A stretch of DNA of 64,000 nucleotides from an uncultured delta proteobacterium (lineage in GTDB: Bacteria > Desulfobacterota > RBG-13-43-22), in the NCBI GenBank assembly GCA_963711835.1, contig CAVQFQ010000017.1:448001-512000 (forward strand), given 5' to 3'. The position numbers and the translations under genes were made by a program. The notes beneath the pieces were generated by a model. It ran no database searches. It saw nothing but the letters and a program-made list of their open reading frames with translations, and was not told where the DNA came from. This document shows, in pieces, positions 1 to 10,229 of this stretch; the stretch's first letter is position 1; the number at the start of each line of letters is the position of its first letter.

Positions 1-2
1 TG

Positions 3-257
3 GTCCTGAATAATCAGACCGGCGATCTCCTTTCCGGACCGGAGTTTATCTCCCGGGGATTTCTTCCGGAGGAGGACTATCCGGAATTGATCCAAGAGGC
101 CAAGAACCGGGTTCAGGAAATCCTGGTCCTGCGTCAAACCGAAAACAAGAAAAATTGGCCGGAAATCCAGGAAGAAATTCGAAAGACCCTGCAGCGTTTT
201 TTTGTCAAGGCCCTGGAAAGAAGACCGGTGGTGCTTCCCATCATCATCCCCATGTGA
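3..257 (+). CDS. rnj: Ribonuclease J, C-terminal part (5' end outside window)
   Basis: Frame 3 reads ...GPEFISRGF...RRPVVLPIIIPM*, the characteristic RNase J C-terminus; lies directly upstream of ftsK. Confidence 0.85.
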   Translation, partial: VLNNQTGDLLSGPEFISRGFLPEEDYPELIQEAKNRVQEILVLRQTENKKNWPEIQEEIRKTLQRFFVKALERRPVVLPIIIPM

Positions 258-271
258 GGGGACGAGAGGCC

Positions 272-2446
272 ATGCCCAAAGAACCTAAAAATAAATCCCT
301 TTATTATGAGATCCTGGGGATTTTCCTGGGAGCCATCGGCATTGGCCTGCTCCTGAGCCTCCTCTCCCACCATGCCGTTGATCCTTCATTTAGTTCGCCC
401 CAAGCCGGGAACGTGGCCGTTAAAAACTGGATCGGACGCATCGGTTCTTATTCCTCGGCCTTCCTGTTCGATTGGCTGGGCCTGGCCGCCTTCTGGTTGT
501 GCCTTATTTTTTTTCAGTTGGCCTGGTTTTCCTTTAAATCCGAACGTCAGGCCACCCCGGCCTGGTATGCCCTCGGCTATCTCCTGCTGATTTTTTCCAG
601 CGCTTCCCTGCTGTCCGCCTGGAAGGAGAATTTCCAATATTTCGGTTGGAACTTCCCCTGGGGCGGGGTGGTGGGTCTGGTGGTCTTCCAACGCATCGAG
701 CGGTTTCTCAACCCGCCGGGGACCCATATCTTCTTACTCGCCTTTCTGCTGATCGGATTCATTTTAATCAGCCGGGTTTCTCTGGCCCGGGCGGCGGAGC
801 GGTTTCAGGTCCGTCTCTCCGGACAAGTAAGCCGGTTTCGGGATGACTACCAGAAAAAAAGGGAGCGCAAGAGAAAGGCCAGGGTCCTAAAAGTCGAGCA
901 GGAACAACAGAAGGAGAAAGAAGTCCGCCCGCCGGTGATCGTTCAGGGTCCGCTGGTCAAGGCCGCCCCTCCTCCCCGACCCAAGGTTCAGCAGGAACAA
1001 TTCGCTTTTATGAAGGACCCGGGGGATTTCCAATTGCCGCCCCTGTCCCTGTTGGATGTTTATGAGAAAAAAGACCAGGAGATTCATCAGCAAAGCCTGA
1101 TCATGAACTCCCGGCTCCTGGAAAAAAAATTAAAGGACTTCGGTGTGGACGGGCAGGTCACCGAAGTCTCTCCCGGTCCGGTCATTACCATGTATGAATT
1201 TGAACCGGCCCCGGGCGTGAAAATCAGCCGCATTACCGGCTTGGCCGATGATCTGGCCATGGCCATGCGGGCCGTCAGTATCCGGATCGTGGCTCCCTTG
1301 CCGGGCAAGGCGGTGATCGGCATCGAAATCCCCAACAGCCAGCGTGAGACGGTCGGATTAAAAGAAATCCTGGCCTCCCAGGAATTTATGGGCTCCAAGG
1401 CCAGACTGACCCTGGCCCTGGGCATGGACATCCTGGGCCTCCCGGTGGTGACCAACCTGGCCAGGATGCCTCATCTCCTGATCGCCGGTGCCACCGGCAC
1501 CGGGAAAAGCGTATCCCTGAACGCCATGATCAGCAGCATCCTTTTCAAGGCCAGACCCGAAGAAGTCCGTTTCTTCCTGATCGATCCGAAACGCATTGAG
1601 CTCCTGCCTTACGAAGGGATCCCCCATTTGCTGCATGAAGTGGTGACCGATGCCAAGATGGCCACCCGGGTCCTGCGCTGGGCCATCCGAGAGATGGAAG
1701 ACCGCTATAAAAAGATGGCCGATAAAGGGGCCCGGAATATCGATACCTACAACCAGCGGCTTCTGAAGGACCGCAAAGGGGGGGAATCGGGGAAATATCC
1801 CGAGGAATGGTTGCCCTATGTGGTCATTGTCATCGATGAACTGGCCGACTTGATGATGGTCTCCACCCGGGAGGTGGAAGAATATCTGACCCGGCTGGCC
1901 CAGATGGCCCGGGCGGCCGGGATCCATCTGCTCATTGCCACCCAGCGCCCTTCGGTGGATGTATTGACCGGGATCATCAAGGCCAATTTCCCGGCCCGGA
2001 TTTCCTTCCAGGTTTCCTCCAAGACCGATTCCAGGACCATCCTGGATGCCAATGGGGCCGAAGCCCTGCTGGGATCAGGGGATATGCTTTTCCTGCCTCC
2101 CGGGGTCTCCAAACTGCAGCGAATTCACGGGGCCTTCGTCTCGGAGGCCGAAATCAAGCGCCTGACCGATTTTCTGAAGAAGCAAAAAGAAACGGTCTAC
2201 GACGAAACCCTGCTGGAAGTGGAGGAGGCCGAAACAGCCGAAGGGGATGAGGACCTGGACGAGAAATATGAAGCGGCCCTCAGACTGGTCAGGGAGACCC
2301 GCCAGGTCTCCATTTCCATGATTCAGAGGAAACTGCGCATCGGCTACAACCGGGCCGCCCGCTTGGTGGAAATCATGGAGCGGGAAGGGATCGTCAGTTC
2401 TTCAGAAGGAGGCCGGCCCCGTGAACTGCTGCAAAAAAATTTTTAA
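272..2446 (+). CDS. ftsK: DNA translocase FtsK
   Basis: N-terminal TM helices, Walker A GATGTGKS, IDELADLM, ATQRPSVDV, gamma domain IGYNRAARL; start placed at ATG 272. Confidence 0.97.
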   Translation: MPKEPKNKSLYYEILGIFLGAIGIGLLLSLLSHHAVDPSFSSPQAGNVAVKNWIGRIGSYSSAFLFDWLGLAAFWLCLIFFQLAWFSFKSERQATPAWYALGYLLLIFSSASLLSAWKENFQYFGWNFPWGGVVGLVVFQRIERFLNPPGTHIFLLAFLLIGFILISRVSLARAAERFQVRLSGQVSRFRDDYQKKRERKRKARVLKVEQEQQKEKEVRPPVIVQGPLVKAAPPPRPKVQQEQFAFMKDPGDFQLPPLSLLDVYEKKDQEIHQQSLIMNSRLLEKKLKDFGVDGQVTEVSPGPVITMYEFEPAPGVKISRITGLADDLAMAMRAVSIRIVAPLPGKAVIGIEIPNSQRETVGLKEILASQEFMGSKARLTLALGMDILGLPVVTNLARMPHLLIAGATGTGKSVSLNAMISSILFKARPEEVRFFLIDPKRIELLPYEGIPHLLHEVVTDAKMATRVLRWAIREMEDRYKKMADKGARNIDTYNQRLLKDRKGGESGKYPEEWLPYVVIVIDELADLMMVSTREVEEYLTRLAQMARAAGIHLLIATQRPSVDVLTGIIKANFPARISFQVSSKTDSRTILDANGAEALLGSGDMLFLPPGVSKLQRIHGAFVSEAEIKRLTDFLKKQKETVYDETLLEVEEAETAEGDEDLDEKYEAALRLVRETRQVSISMIQRKLRIGYNRAARLVEIMEREGIVSSSEGGRPRELLQKNF

Positions 2447-2492
2447 GCCCTCGGCGGCCATTCAGGCGCTGAGGAATCAGGTGGGGTGGTCA

Positions 2493-3197
2493 ATGAACAA
2501 AGCAATCCTGTTTTCTTTAGGGGTCCTGTTCGTCCTCTGTTTTTCCCCGGTCCCGATTCCGGCCCAGACCGATGGGGATCTGGATCAAATCCTGAGCCGG
2601 TTGAAAGACCGCTTCGGATCGGCCAAGACCTTTCAAGCCGATTATCTGAGGGATCTCCTGCCCAAGGTGCCCTCCCAATTGCCTCCCCAGTCTTTGCAGG
2701 CTGAAGGGCAGCTTTCCTTCCGGTCGCCCGGCAAGCTTCGCCTGGTCCAAAAAAAACCCCGGTCCGAGCAATTAATCAGTAATGGAGAAAAGGTCTGGTG
2801 GTATGTGCCCGAAGAGAAAGTGGTCTATGTCTATGCCTTGAAGGATTATTATCTCCAGATTAAACCCATCCTGGATTTCTTATCCGGTTTGGGGAGGTTG
2901 GATCAGCATTACCGGGTAAGTCCGGATCCCTCGGTACCTCCGGAGGCTTCTTACTCCGGGCTTATCCTGGAGCCCAAGACCCCCCAAGCGGACCTGAACC
3001 GGATTTTTCTCAAGATCTCCAAATCAACCTTCCTGCCGGTTGAATTTTCCTTTTACAATGTCCTGGGAGACGGCACCCGCTTCCGCTTCAGCCGGATCCA
3101 GAGCGGTCACAGCCTGGCCGATTCCCTGTTCAATTTTACCCCGCCCCCGGGGACGGAATCGGTTTCGCAGACTCCTCAACCGTCTCCCAAGAAGTAG
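2493..3197 (+). CDS. lolA: Outer membrane lipoprotein carrier LolA family
   Basis: Signal peptide, FRSPGKLR...EQLISNGEKVWWY, C-terminal FNFTPPPG; conserved ftsK-lolA synteny. Confidence 0.85.
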   Translation: MNKAILFSLGVLFVLCFSPVPIPAQTDGDLDQILSRLKDRFGSAKTFQADYLRDLLPKVPSQLPPQSLQAEGQLSFRSPGKLRLVQKKPRSEQLISNGEKVWWYVPEEKVVYVYALKDYYLQIKPILDFLSGLGRLDQHYRVSPDPSVPPEASYSGLILEPKTPQADLNRIFLKISKSTFLPVEFSFYNVLGDGTRFRFSRIQSGHSLADSLFNFTPPPGTESVSQTPQPSPKK

Positions 3198-4620
3198 GGA
3201 TATAAAAAATCCGCCAGCGGCGTTTCAGGCCTTCCCGTCGATAGCCCAGCAGGCCTTTGAGCAGGGAAAACTCCAGCGTTTCCTTTTCGCTAACATAGCT
3301 GAAGAGAAAGCCGACCTCGATCCGGCGGGACTCTTTTTCCTTTCGATGGTAATAGAGTCCCCAGAGGAATTTGGAGACCTCTTTCCCCCGGCCGTCCTGG
3401 TAATATTCATACAGCCTGAAGAGCAACCCGTAATGACGCTCGAACCCCTCCCAATCCACCGGCATCAGGTCCGGAAAATAAAAATGGACCATGCCCCGGC
3501 CGTCTTCGGCATAGCGGAAGAGCGGCCAGATTTTGGTCACCCGCTCCCAGCGGTCTTCTTTCTTCCAATAGACCTGATGCACTTTAGTGATCATCATAAA
3601 ACGATTCAGGACCTCATCTCTTTCTTCATCCTCTTCCTTTTCCTGCCGATAGACGAACCAGAACAGAGAAAGCTTCTCACGCGCCTCCACCTTGCGATAG
3701 GTGACCAGGGGCCAGAGATTCAGAGCCAGGGTTTTTTCTCCCCGGGCATACTGAAAAAAGGGCCAGGGCAAATCCCATTGAACGTAATCAAAATTTTTCT
3801 CGGAGTAATAGTTGAAAAAAGGCCAGAGCAGGATGACCTTTTTTTCATTGGGGGATTCCTCGGAGAGATAAAATGGAAACAGGTAGAAAGAGGTCTTGGG
3901 ATAATCGGTATCCAGATATTCCTTTTGATAATGGCCGATGGGCCAGAGGAAAAAAGTCTTTTGAAAGGCCCCTTGACCCTGCTGTTCCTCATGGCCGTAG
4001 AAGGGCCAAATTCTGAATCCCTTCCGGTCTCCGCCTTCGGTCCAGGAGATGACCGGCCAGAGGAGGTGATGGGTGTGGGTTTCCCCTTCGCGGATATGGG
4101 TATAAAGAGGCCACAAAACAAAGCGGATTTCATCCCGGGCAAAGCGGCCTTTGAATTGACCGCCGAAAGGAAAAAACCCGCCATAGGCCTCTCCTTGGCT
4201 GTTTTTTCCCCAGAAAAGGAGAATCAGGTCCGTCTGCTCCTTTTCACCCTCCTCTTCGTTGAGGGATTTGTAAGAGGTAAAAAAAGGGATGAAGCGAACG
4301 AGCCGATATTCCGAAGTCTTCCGAACCCTTCCCAGGGGATAGAGAAATTCCAGTTCGTCGGTTTGATTCGTTAAATCTTCCCGATAAGAGAACAGGGGAC
4401 GGAAGGTCCGCTCCCTCTCCTCCGGGGTTTCCGTCTGGGAATAAAAAGGACCGGCCGCATCCAGGCGGCGGACCTTCTTTTCGGGATCGGTTTGGATGTG
4501 AAAGAAAGGGGCGACGTTTTCCGGGGCAAGATCTTGGGCAAGATGAGCACAACCGGAAGCTAAGCAGGCCGATAAGGCTATGAGTATTATGAATAAGGGT
4601 CCAAGGGTTCGAGGGTTCAT
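3136..4620 (-). CDS. Hypothetical lipoprotein with aromatic-rich (LWPF-like) repeats
   Basis: 494-aa ORF with lipobox-like ASGC and many W/Y-P-F/L motifs; follows mlaD on the same strand. Confidence 0.7.
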   Translation of the reverse strand: MNPRTLGPLFIILIALSACLASGCAHLAQDLAPENVAPFFHIQTDPEKKVRRLDAAGPFYSQTETPEERERTFRPLFSYREDLTNQTDELEFLYPLGRVRKTSEYRLVRFIPFFTSYKSLNEEEGEKEQTDLILLFWGKNSQGEAYGGFFPFGGQFKGRFARDEIRFVLWPLYTHIREGETHTHHLLWPVISWTEGGDRKGFRIWPFYGHEEQQGQGAFQKTFFLWPIGHYQKEYLDTDYPKTSFYLFPFYLSEESPNEKKVILLWPFFNYYSEKNFDYVQWDLPWPFFQYARGEKTLALNLWPLVTYRKVEAREKLSLFWFVYRQEKEEDEERDEVLNRFMMITKVHQVYWKKEDRWERVTKIWPLFRYAEDGRGMVHFYFPDLMPVDWEGFERHYGLLFRLYEYYQDGRGKEVSKFLWGLYYHRKEKESRRIEVGFLFSYVSEKETLEFSLLKGLLGYRREGLKRRWRIFYIPTSWETVEESAKPIPSPGAG

Positions 4621-4695
4621 GGGTCCAAGCTTATAACGTTCGTCGTTTTCCTCTTTTCGCCGAACTCCGAACGCACTCCACCGAACGGTTTCGTC

Positions 4696-5736
4696 CTACT
4701 TAATGATGGTCCCGATGATGGTCCCTAAAATGCTTACCGGAACCTGTTCCTGAAGCCCCTCGGTGGCCTTGGTGACACTGCGCAGGGTGTACTTGGTTTC
4801 TTTATACAAGGAGTCGTCGTTGACTAATTTCCCCAGGGTCCCTTCCCCCTGATTGATTTTTTGCGTGGTTTGATTCAAATTGGCAATCGTTTCCTTGGCT
4901 TCCTTATAGAGGCTGTCGTCGTTGACTAATTTCCCCAGGGTCCCTTCCCCGGAATCAATCTTCTGGGCCACTTTTTCCAAGCTGTTCAAGGTCCTCCTGC
5001 TGTCGTTATAGAATTCTTCGTCCTTGAGAAATTTTCCCAGCGTTCCCCGCCCCTCGCGGACCTCCGTCATGGTGTCCTTTAAACCGGTCACGGTAGCCCT
5101 CATATCCCGGTACAGGGCATCGTCACGGATCAATTTACCCATGGTCCCCTCCCCGTGGGTAAGGCCCAGGGTGATGCTCCGGATATCCTCGGTGGTTTTT
5201 TTGACATTCGCAAAGGTTTCTTTCAGGGTATTCTTACCCTCCTCCGTCCCGATGACTTCTTCCAGACTCTGGGTCACGGACCGGATATTGTCCATGGCCG
5301 GTAAAGCCTTGGCTAAAAGATGATCCAGTTCAATGGTTGATCGGGTCTGGGTAATGACGCCGCCGGCCGCCAGACGCTGACCTTTCTCGGTACCGGGTTC
5401 AAGATCGATATATTTATCCCCCAGGACGCCCTTGGTCCGGATGACGGCCCTGGCATCCGAATAGACGGGGATATCCTTGCGTATGGTCATGGTTACCTTG
5501 GCCTGATTGCCGATCAATTTAACCTCCTTGACCCGCCCCACTTCGATGCCGGCCACCTCAATCGGGCTGTTGACGACTAAACCGGAAACCGAGTCGAAAA
5601 GGGCCATAACCTCATAACCCTTGGCTGATTTGATCTTGTATTTTTCTAATCGCAGGGTCATGTAGGCCAGGACCACCAGACCGATAAAAACAAAAATGCC
5701 CACCTTGATCTCGGTGCTTACTCCCTTTTTCTCCAT
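4696..5736 (-). CDS. mlaD: MlaD/MCE family protein with extended helical repeats
   Basis: EIKVGIFV TM anchor, MCE motifs GIEVGRV and KGVLGDKYI, four GEGTLGKL..D..LY-like repeats; GGAGG RBS before ATG 5736. Confidence 0.9.
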   Translation of the reverse strand: MEKKGVSTEIKVGIFVFIGLVVLAYMTLRLEKYKIKSAKGYEVMALFDSVSGLVVNSPIEVAGIEVGRVKEVKLIGNQAKVTMTIRKDIPVYSDARAVIRTKGVLGDKYIDLEPGTEKGQRLAAGGVITQTRSTIELDHLLAKALPAMDNIRSVTQSLEEVIGTEEGKNTLKETFANVKKTTEDIRSITLGLTHGEGTMGKLIRDDALYRDMRATVTGLKDTMTEVREGRGTLGKFLKDEEFYNDSRRTLNSLEKVAQKIDSGEGTLGKLVNDDSLYKEAKETIANLNQTTQKINQGEGTLGKLVNDDSLYKETKYTLRSVTKATEGLQEQVPVSILGTIIGTIIK

Positions 5737-5767
5737 AAAAACCTCCTTTGGGCTGTGAACCCTTCCC

Positions 5768-6496
5768 TCAGCGACAAAGAGGGGACAAAAATTCCCGAAC
5801 AATGGGATCGGATGACTCTTGAAAGACCTGTGGAGTCCCCTCGATTATGATCTTCCCTTCGTAAAGCATGGCAATGTTATGGGCGATCTGGAAAACACTC
5901 TGGATATCATGGCTGATAACCACACAGGTCATTTTGAATCGCTGTTGGGTATCCATAATCAAACGATCAATGGAAGCGGTCAGGATCGGATCCAAACCGG
6001 TGGTCGGTTCATCAAAAAGGAGAATGTCGGGCTCCAGGGCCATGGCCCTGGCCAGGGCCACCCGTTTGCGCATGCCGCCGCTCAATTCGGCGGGCATCTT
6101 TTCCTCTACCCCGGAAAGACCGACCAGTTCCAGCTTTTCGGCCACCAGCTTTCTGATTTCGCTTCCTTTTAATTGTTTATGCTCCCGGATGGGAAAGGCC
6201 ACATTCTCCCCGACATTCATGGAATCGAAAAGGGCGCCTTCCTGAAAAAGCATCCCGAACCGCTTCCGGATTTTATAAAGCTCTTTCTCGCTCATGCGGA
6301 CCAGGTCCTGGCCATCCACCCAGATCTCCCCATCGTCAGGCCGGAAAAGCCCGATGATATGTTTCAGGAGAACACTTTTCCCACCCCCGCTCCTTCCGAT
6401 AATCACCGTGGTTTGACCGGTGGGGATGGACAGGTTCAGATCCTTTAGAACCGATTGCTTTTTAAACGATTTGCTTAGATTAACGAGCCGGATCAT
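5768..6496 (-). CDS. mlaF: MlaF-type ABC ATPase
   Basis: GRSGGGKS, LSGGMRKR, DEPTTGLDP. Confidence 0.93.
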   Translation of the reverse strand: MIRLVNLSKSFKKQSVLKDLNLSIPTGQTTVIIGRSGGGKSVLLKHIIGLFRPDDGEIWVDGQDLVRMSEKELYKIRKRFGMLFQEGALFDSMNVGENVAFPIREHKQLKGSEIRKLVAEKLELVGLSGVEEKMPAELSGGMRKRVALARAMALEPDILLFDEPTTGLDPILTASIDRLIMDTQQRFKMTCVVISHDIQSVFQIAHNIAMLYEGKIIIEGTPQVFQESSDPIVREFLSPLCR

Positions 6497-6499
6497 AGG

Positions 6500-7273
6500 C
6501 TAAAAAAGAAGTGAGGTAAGCACATAGGTCCCGATTAGGATGCAAACCGAAGAGATGACCACGGCCTCGGTGGTCGCCCGCCCCACTCCTTCCGCTCCTC
6601 CGCTGGTATGATAGCCTTTGTAGCACCCGACCAGGGTCAGGATGAGGCCAAAGACAATGGATTTGACCAGGCCTTGAACCAGATCGGCTAATTCCAGCAT
6701 CTCGATCATTTTGTTCATATAGACCCCGGAATTGATCCCCAGCAGAATGACCCCGACAAAATAGCCGCCGATGACTCCCACTAAAATATTGATGGCCGTC
6801 AGCAGGGGAACCATCAAAATGCCGGCCCAGATCCGGGGAACCACCAGGTAATGAATGGGATTGATGGCCATGATCTGCAGGGCATCGATCTGCTCGGTAA
6901 CCCGCATGGTTCCTATCTCGGCGGCGATACCCGAACCGGCGCGGGCATTGACCATCAAACCGGTCATTACCGGCCCCATTTCACGGGCCAGGGAAAGGGC
7001 CACAATGCCGCCCATCAAACTCTCCCCGCCGAATATTCGAAAGCCGTGGTAGCTCTGCAGGGCCAGGACCATGCCGGAGAAGACCCCGGTCAGGACAACG
7101 ATAAAGAGGGATTTAACCCCCACAAACTCCATCTGTTTGATCACGTTTCTCCCCCGGAAAGGCGGGACAAAGGTCATGGCCAAGGCCTTGAAGAGCATCA
7201 TCAGGATCCCGCCCAATTCATTCATCAAGGTTAGGACGGAATTCCCAAGCAGAAAAAAGAAATGTTGAACCAT
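6500..7273 (-). CDS. mlaE: MlaE-type ABC permease
   Basis: REMGPV, AEIGTMRVTEQIDAL, GVGRATT motifs. Confidence 0.95.
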   Translation of the reverse strand: MVQHFFFLLGNSVLTLMNELGGILMMLFKALAMTFVPPFRGRNVIKQMEFVGVKSLFIVVLTGVFSGMVLALQSYHGFRIFGGESLMGGIVALSLAREMGPVMTGLMVNARAGSGIAAEIGTMRVTEQIDALQIMAINPIHYLVVPRIWAGILMVPLLTAINILVGVIGGYFVGVILLGINSGVYMNKMIEMLELADLVQGLVKSIVFGLILTLVGCYKGYHTSGGAEGVGRATTEAVVISSVCILIGTYVLTSLLF

Positions 7274-7440
7274 AAATCCTTAAAGGGAAGTTCAGCGGAC
7301 GAATTAATCTCCTATCCTCTTAACTACCCGACACGGAGAAGTCAAGAAAAAACAATGGTCCCACTTTTGCTGAGTATTTGTTATAATTTAATAAAAAGGG
7401 GCGCCCGCCGCCTCCCGCCGCCAACGAAAAGGAGTAGGCT

Positions 7441-8070
7441 ATGACCGGAATCATTATCGTGGATATCCAGGGTGATTTTACGCAGCTCATGGACGGCCCC
7501 CTGGGTGTGCCGGGAACCAATCTGGATTATATCCACAAACTTCAAAAAGAGATCGAGCGCTTAAAGGGTTTGGGCTACCCCCTCTGGGCCAGCCAGGACT
7601 GGCATCCGGCCGATCATATCTCGTTCGTTACCAGCCATCCGGGGAAGAAGATTTTCGACCGGATTTCTGTCTCAGGAAGGGAACAAATTCTCTGGCCGCC
7701 CCACTGTCTTCAGGATACCTCGGGTGCGGAACTGTTGGTGGATACGAGCGGATTTGAAGGGGTCATCCGCAAGGGTCAGGACCCCGGATATGACAGTTAC
7801 TCTGTCTTTCAGGACGAGGGAGGTCACGAAACGGGACTCTTTACGCTTTTGAAAGAAAAGGGAATCAGAAAATTAGTCCTTTTCGGTATCGCCACCGATT
7901 ATTGTGTCCGGGCCACAGCCCTGGAGGCCAGAAAGCGGCGTTTTGAGACGATGGTCGTGACCGGACTCTGCCGGGGCGTCTCTCAAGAAACCACGGAGAA
8001 AGCCCTCAGGGAGATGCAGCTAAGCGGTGTGGTTCTCGTGGAGAACCTCGACTCCCTTTTGAGCCAGTAG
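7441..8070 (+). CDS. pncA: Nicotinamidase/pyrazinamidase
   Basis: VDIQGDF, QDWHP, WPPHC, GIATDYCV. Confidence 0.92.
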   Translation: MTGIIIVDIQGDFTQLMDGPLGVPGTNLDYIHKLQKEIERLKGLGYPLWASQDWHPADHISFVTSHPGKKIFDRISVSGREQILWPPHCLQDTSGAELLVDTSGFEGVIRKGQDPGYDSYSVFQDEGGHETGLFTLLKEKGIRKLVLFGIATDYCVRATALEARKRRFETMVVTGLCRGVSQETTEKALREMQLSGVVLVENLDSLLSQ

Positions 8071-8090
8071 ACAGGATCTTAAAGGATGGA

Positions 8091-8140
8091 GCGGAAAGCA
8101 AAAAGTTCTTCTTTGCGTCCTTCGCGCCTTTGCGGTGAAA
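8091..8140. repeat. Half copy of a dispersed palindromic repeat (family of 59620-59762)
   Basis: GCGGAAAGCAAAA..TTCTTCTTTGCGTCCTTCGCGCCTTTGCGGTGAAA matches the right arm of the 59620 element. Confidence 0.65.
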
Positions 8141-8148
8141 GTGAATCT

Positions 8149-8577
8149 CTATTCGCTCTGATTAGCCAGGGCCAAGGCGGCGGCGATTCGGGCCCCGATG
8201 GCCTTGATCTTTTCCAGGTCACCCTGATCCCGGCCGTGTTTCAAATCCGCCTTCGTCTTCTCCCACTGCGGGACCAGGTGAATATGGAAATGATCGACAA
8301 GCTGCCTGGCCACCTTGCCGTTAAGCTGGTAGATGATCATACCTTCGGGTTTTAGAGCCTCCTTGATAGCCATGGCCACCTTCTTGGACGTCCCTATGGC
8401 AGTGAGGAGATCTTTTTCCGTTATGTCAAAAATGGTCGGGTAGTGCCTCTTGGGGATGATCAGACAATGGCCGTCGGAACGGGGATTGATATCCAGGAAG
8501 GCCAGGGTCTCTTGGTCCTCAAAAACCGTTACTGCCGGAGCCTGGCCGGCAACAATCTTACAGAAAATACAATCCAT
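8149..8577 (-). CDS. HIT family hydrolase
   Basis: MDCIFCKI start and HFHIHLVP histidine triad. Confidence 0.95.
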   Translation of the reverse strand: MDCIFCKIVAGQAPAVTVFEDQETLAFLDINPRSDGHCLIIPKRHYPTIFDITEKDLLTAIGTSKKVAMAIKEALKPEGMIIYQLNGKVARQLVDHFHIHLVPQWEKTKADLKHGRDQGDLEKIKAIGARIAAALALANQSE

Positions 8578-8735
8578 AGGTGAAGGGTGCTCCTTTTAAA
8601 AGAGTCAGATCGTCTTTCTTTTGATCTTTTATAGAATCAGGGGGCTTTTTTCAATTATTTTCGTCTGGTGCCTCAAACCTGGGTCATAAGGGCAATCCAC
8701 GACCCTCCGACGAGAGTGCTTCTTGGATAATCCTG

Positions 8736-8764
8736 TTGACAGAAGGAGCCTTTCCGTTTATAAA
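8736..8764 (+). promoter_or_regulatory. sigma70 promoter of tRNA-Arg
   Basis: TTGACA-17 nt-TATAAA ending 10 nt before the tRNA. Confidence 0.7.
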
Positions 8765-8773
8765 CTTTTCAGC

Positions 8774-8849
8774 GCGCCCATAGCTCAGTGGATAGAGCGC
8801 CGGACTACGAATCCGTAGGTCGGGTGTTCGAATCACCCTGGGCGCGCCA
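8774..8849 (+). tRNA. tRNA-Arg (anticodon ACG)
   Basis: GCGCCCA/TGGGCGC acceptor stem, AGCTCAGTGGATAGAGC D-arm, CT-ACG-AA loop, GTTCGAATC T-loop, encoded CCA. Confidence 0.97.
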
Positions 8850-9201
8850 GTTTTTTTTAGCCCCCCCAATTTCTCTTCTTTACCACTTAGGTCTGTTGAT
8901 AGGTAAAAATTACCTCCCCCCCGAATGTCTTCCTTAACTATTCAAGTAATATGTTCCTCGACTCGGTATTATTTTAATCTACCCCAATGTCAATCTTTTT
9001 AAAGCTCCAAGCGCTCCCACACTCCCGGCCAACTTTTTTCCCACCGCCTCTTTAGGTTTCCCAGGAAACTAAGAGTCAAGAGCAGACTCAACCCTTCAAA
9101 TTTATGCAACTTCGAGGTTCACTCCCTTGAAAGGAAGGGTGTCCCTGGTTTTTAAAAGATAGATATTGACAGTAAAATTTAACGTTGTTATTATCTCCAA
9201 C

Positions 9202-9486
9202 ATGGAGGCAAGGCTGCTATTAAACGAACGCCATGTCATAGACAAAGACGCCTTCGTTGAAATGGTGGTCTGGAGATTGTCGTCCCCCCTTGCCGGAAGT
9301 CCTCACCGCTTCAAGTATAGGCTGGCACTGATTATCAAAGGCATTTGCGTTTTGCGCTTCGACAATGAGGCTGGCAAGGGCGATCATAAACACTTTGGCG
9401 AGGAAGAGGTTCCCTACCATTTCACCACACCCCAGGACTTGCTTGATGATTTCTGGGGTGAAGTAGACCATTATTGGAGGCTCTGA
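9202..9486 (+). CDS. DUF6516/TumE-like putative toxin
   Basis: HRFKYRLA...LRFDNEAGKGDHKH motif; paired with a downstream HTH gene. Confidence 0.75.
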   Translation: MEARLLLNERHVIDKDAFVEMVVWRLSSPLAGSPHRFKYRLALIIKGICVLRFDNEAGKGDHKHFGEEEVPYHFTTPQDLLDDFWGEVDHYWRL

Positions 9487-9487
9487 G

Positions 9488-9829
9488 ATGCGTACCGTAA
9501 CATTGGAAGTATCTTCTCGTAAAAAAATCAGTCAACGATTTCAGCGAGCGTTCAAAGGAGAATCGCCGGGGGCCTTTATCAGCTTCGATTCACCTGCGCT
9601 TCTTTTCAGGATACTCTCGGGAAAACGCTGGGACTTGCTTAAGGTTATGACCGGAGCAGGACCGATGACAATTCGTGAGGCTGCGCGACGGCTTGCAAGG
9701 GATATAAAGGCGGTACATGGTGACGTCCATGCACTTTTGAACGCCGGCATTTTGCAGAAAACCGCAAATGGCCTCATTGTTTTTCCCTTTGACGAGGTGC
9801 ATGTGGATTTTATGCTTAAAGCCGCATGA
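9488..9829 (+). CDS. HVO_A0114-like HTH putative antitoxin
   Basis: ISFDS...LSGKRWDLL...TIREAARRLARDIKAVHGDV HTH. Confidence 0.75.
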   Translation: MRTVTLEVSSRKKISQRFQRAFKGESPGAFISFDSPALLFRILSGKRWDLLKVMTGAGPMTIREAARRLARDIKAVHGDVHALLNAGILQKTANGLIVFPFDEVHVDFMLKAA

Positions 9830-10229
9830 ATTTCAGGGTTATGGCGGTGTTAGGTATTTTTCTTCAATAGTCAGGTGCATCCTTGAATTCGTTGACTTGC
9901 GATTCTTCAACCCCCAATTTTATTTTTCCCCCGCAACCCCATCTCCGGCAGCTTAGCTTTGGGAACGGCTCGCTGGCATTCCGGACGGTTACAATACCCC
10001 TGGTTCTTAATCCGGGGATTTGAAAGAAAAAAAGATTGGCAATGCCGACATCGGTTCCGGTCCATGGCGTCCCTCCCGGGGAAACCATAAATCGGTCAGC
10101 GGTTCTCTGAAACGGAAGAAAATTAGAAAAAGAGGAATGGTAGGGGAAGAAAAAGGAAGAAAATAGATCCTTGGCCGGGTTCTACTCCGGTGCCCCTGGC
10201 CTACTTCTTAACCGAAGTAAATGGTAGGC

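Noticed and set aside
3040-4374. 444-aa plus-strand ORF (also 54803-56608, 44732-46096, 61051-62040 and similar)
   Set aside because: These are antisense shadows of well-supported genes and carry no recognisable motifs.
4807-5160. Direct DNA repeats within mlaD
   Set aside because: Explained by the protein's GEGTLGKL helical repeats.
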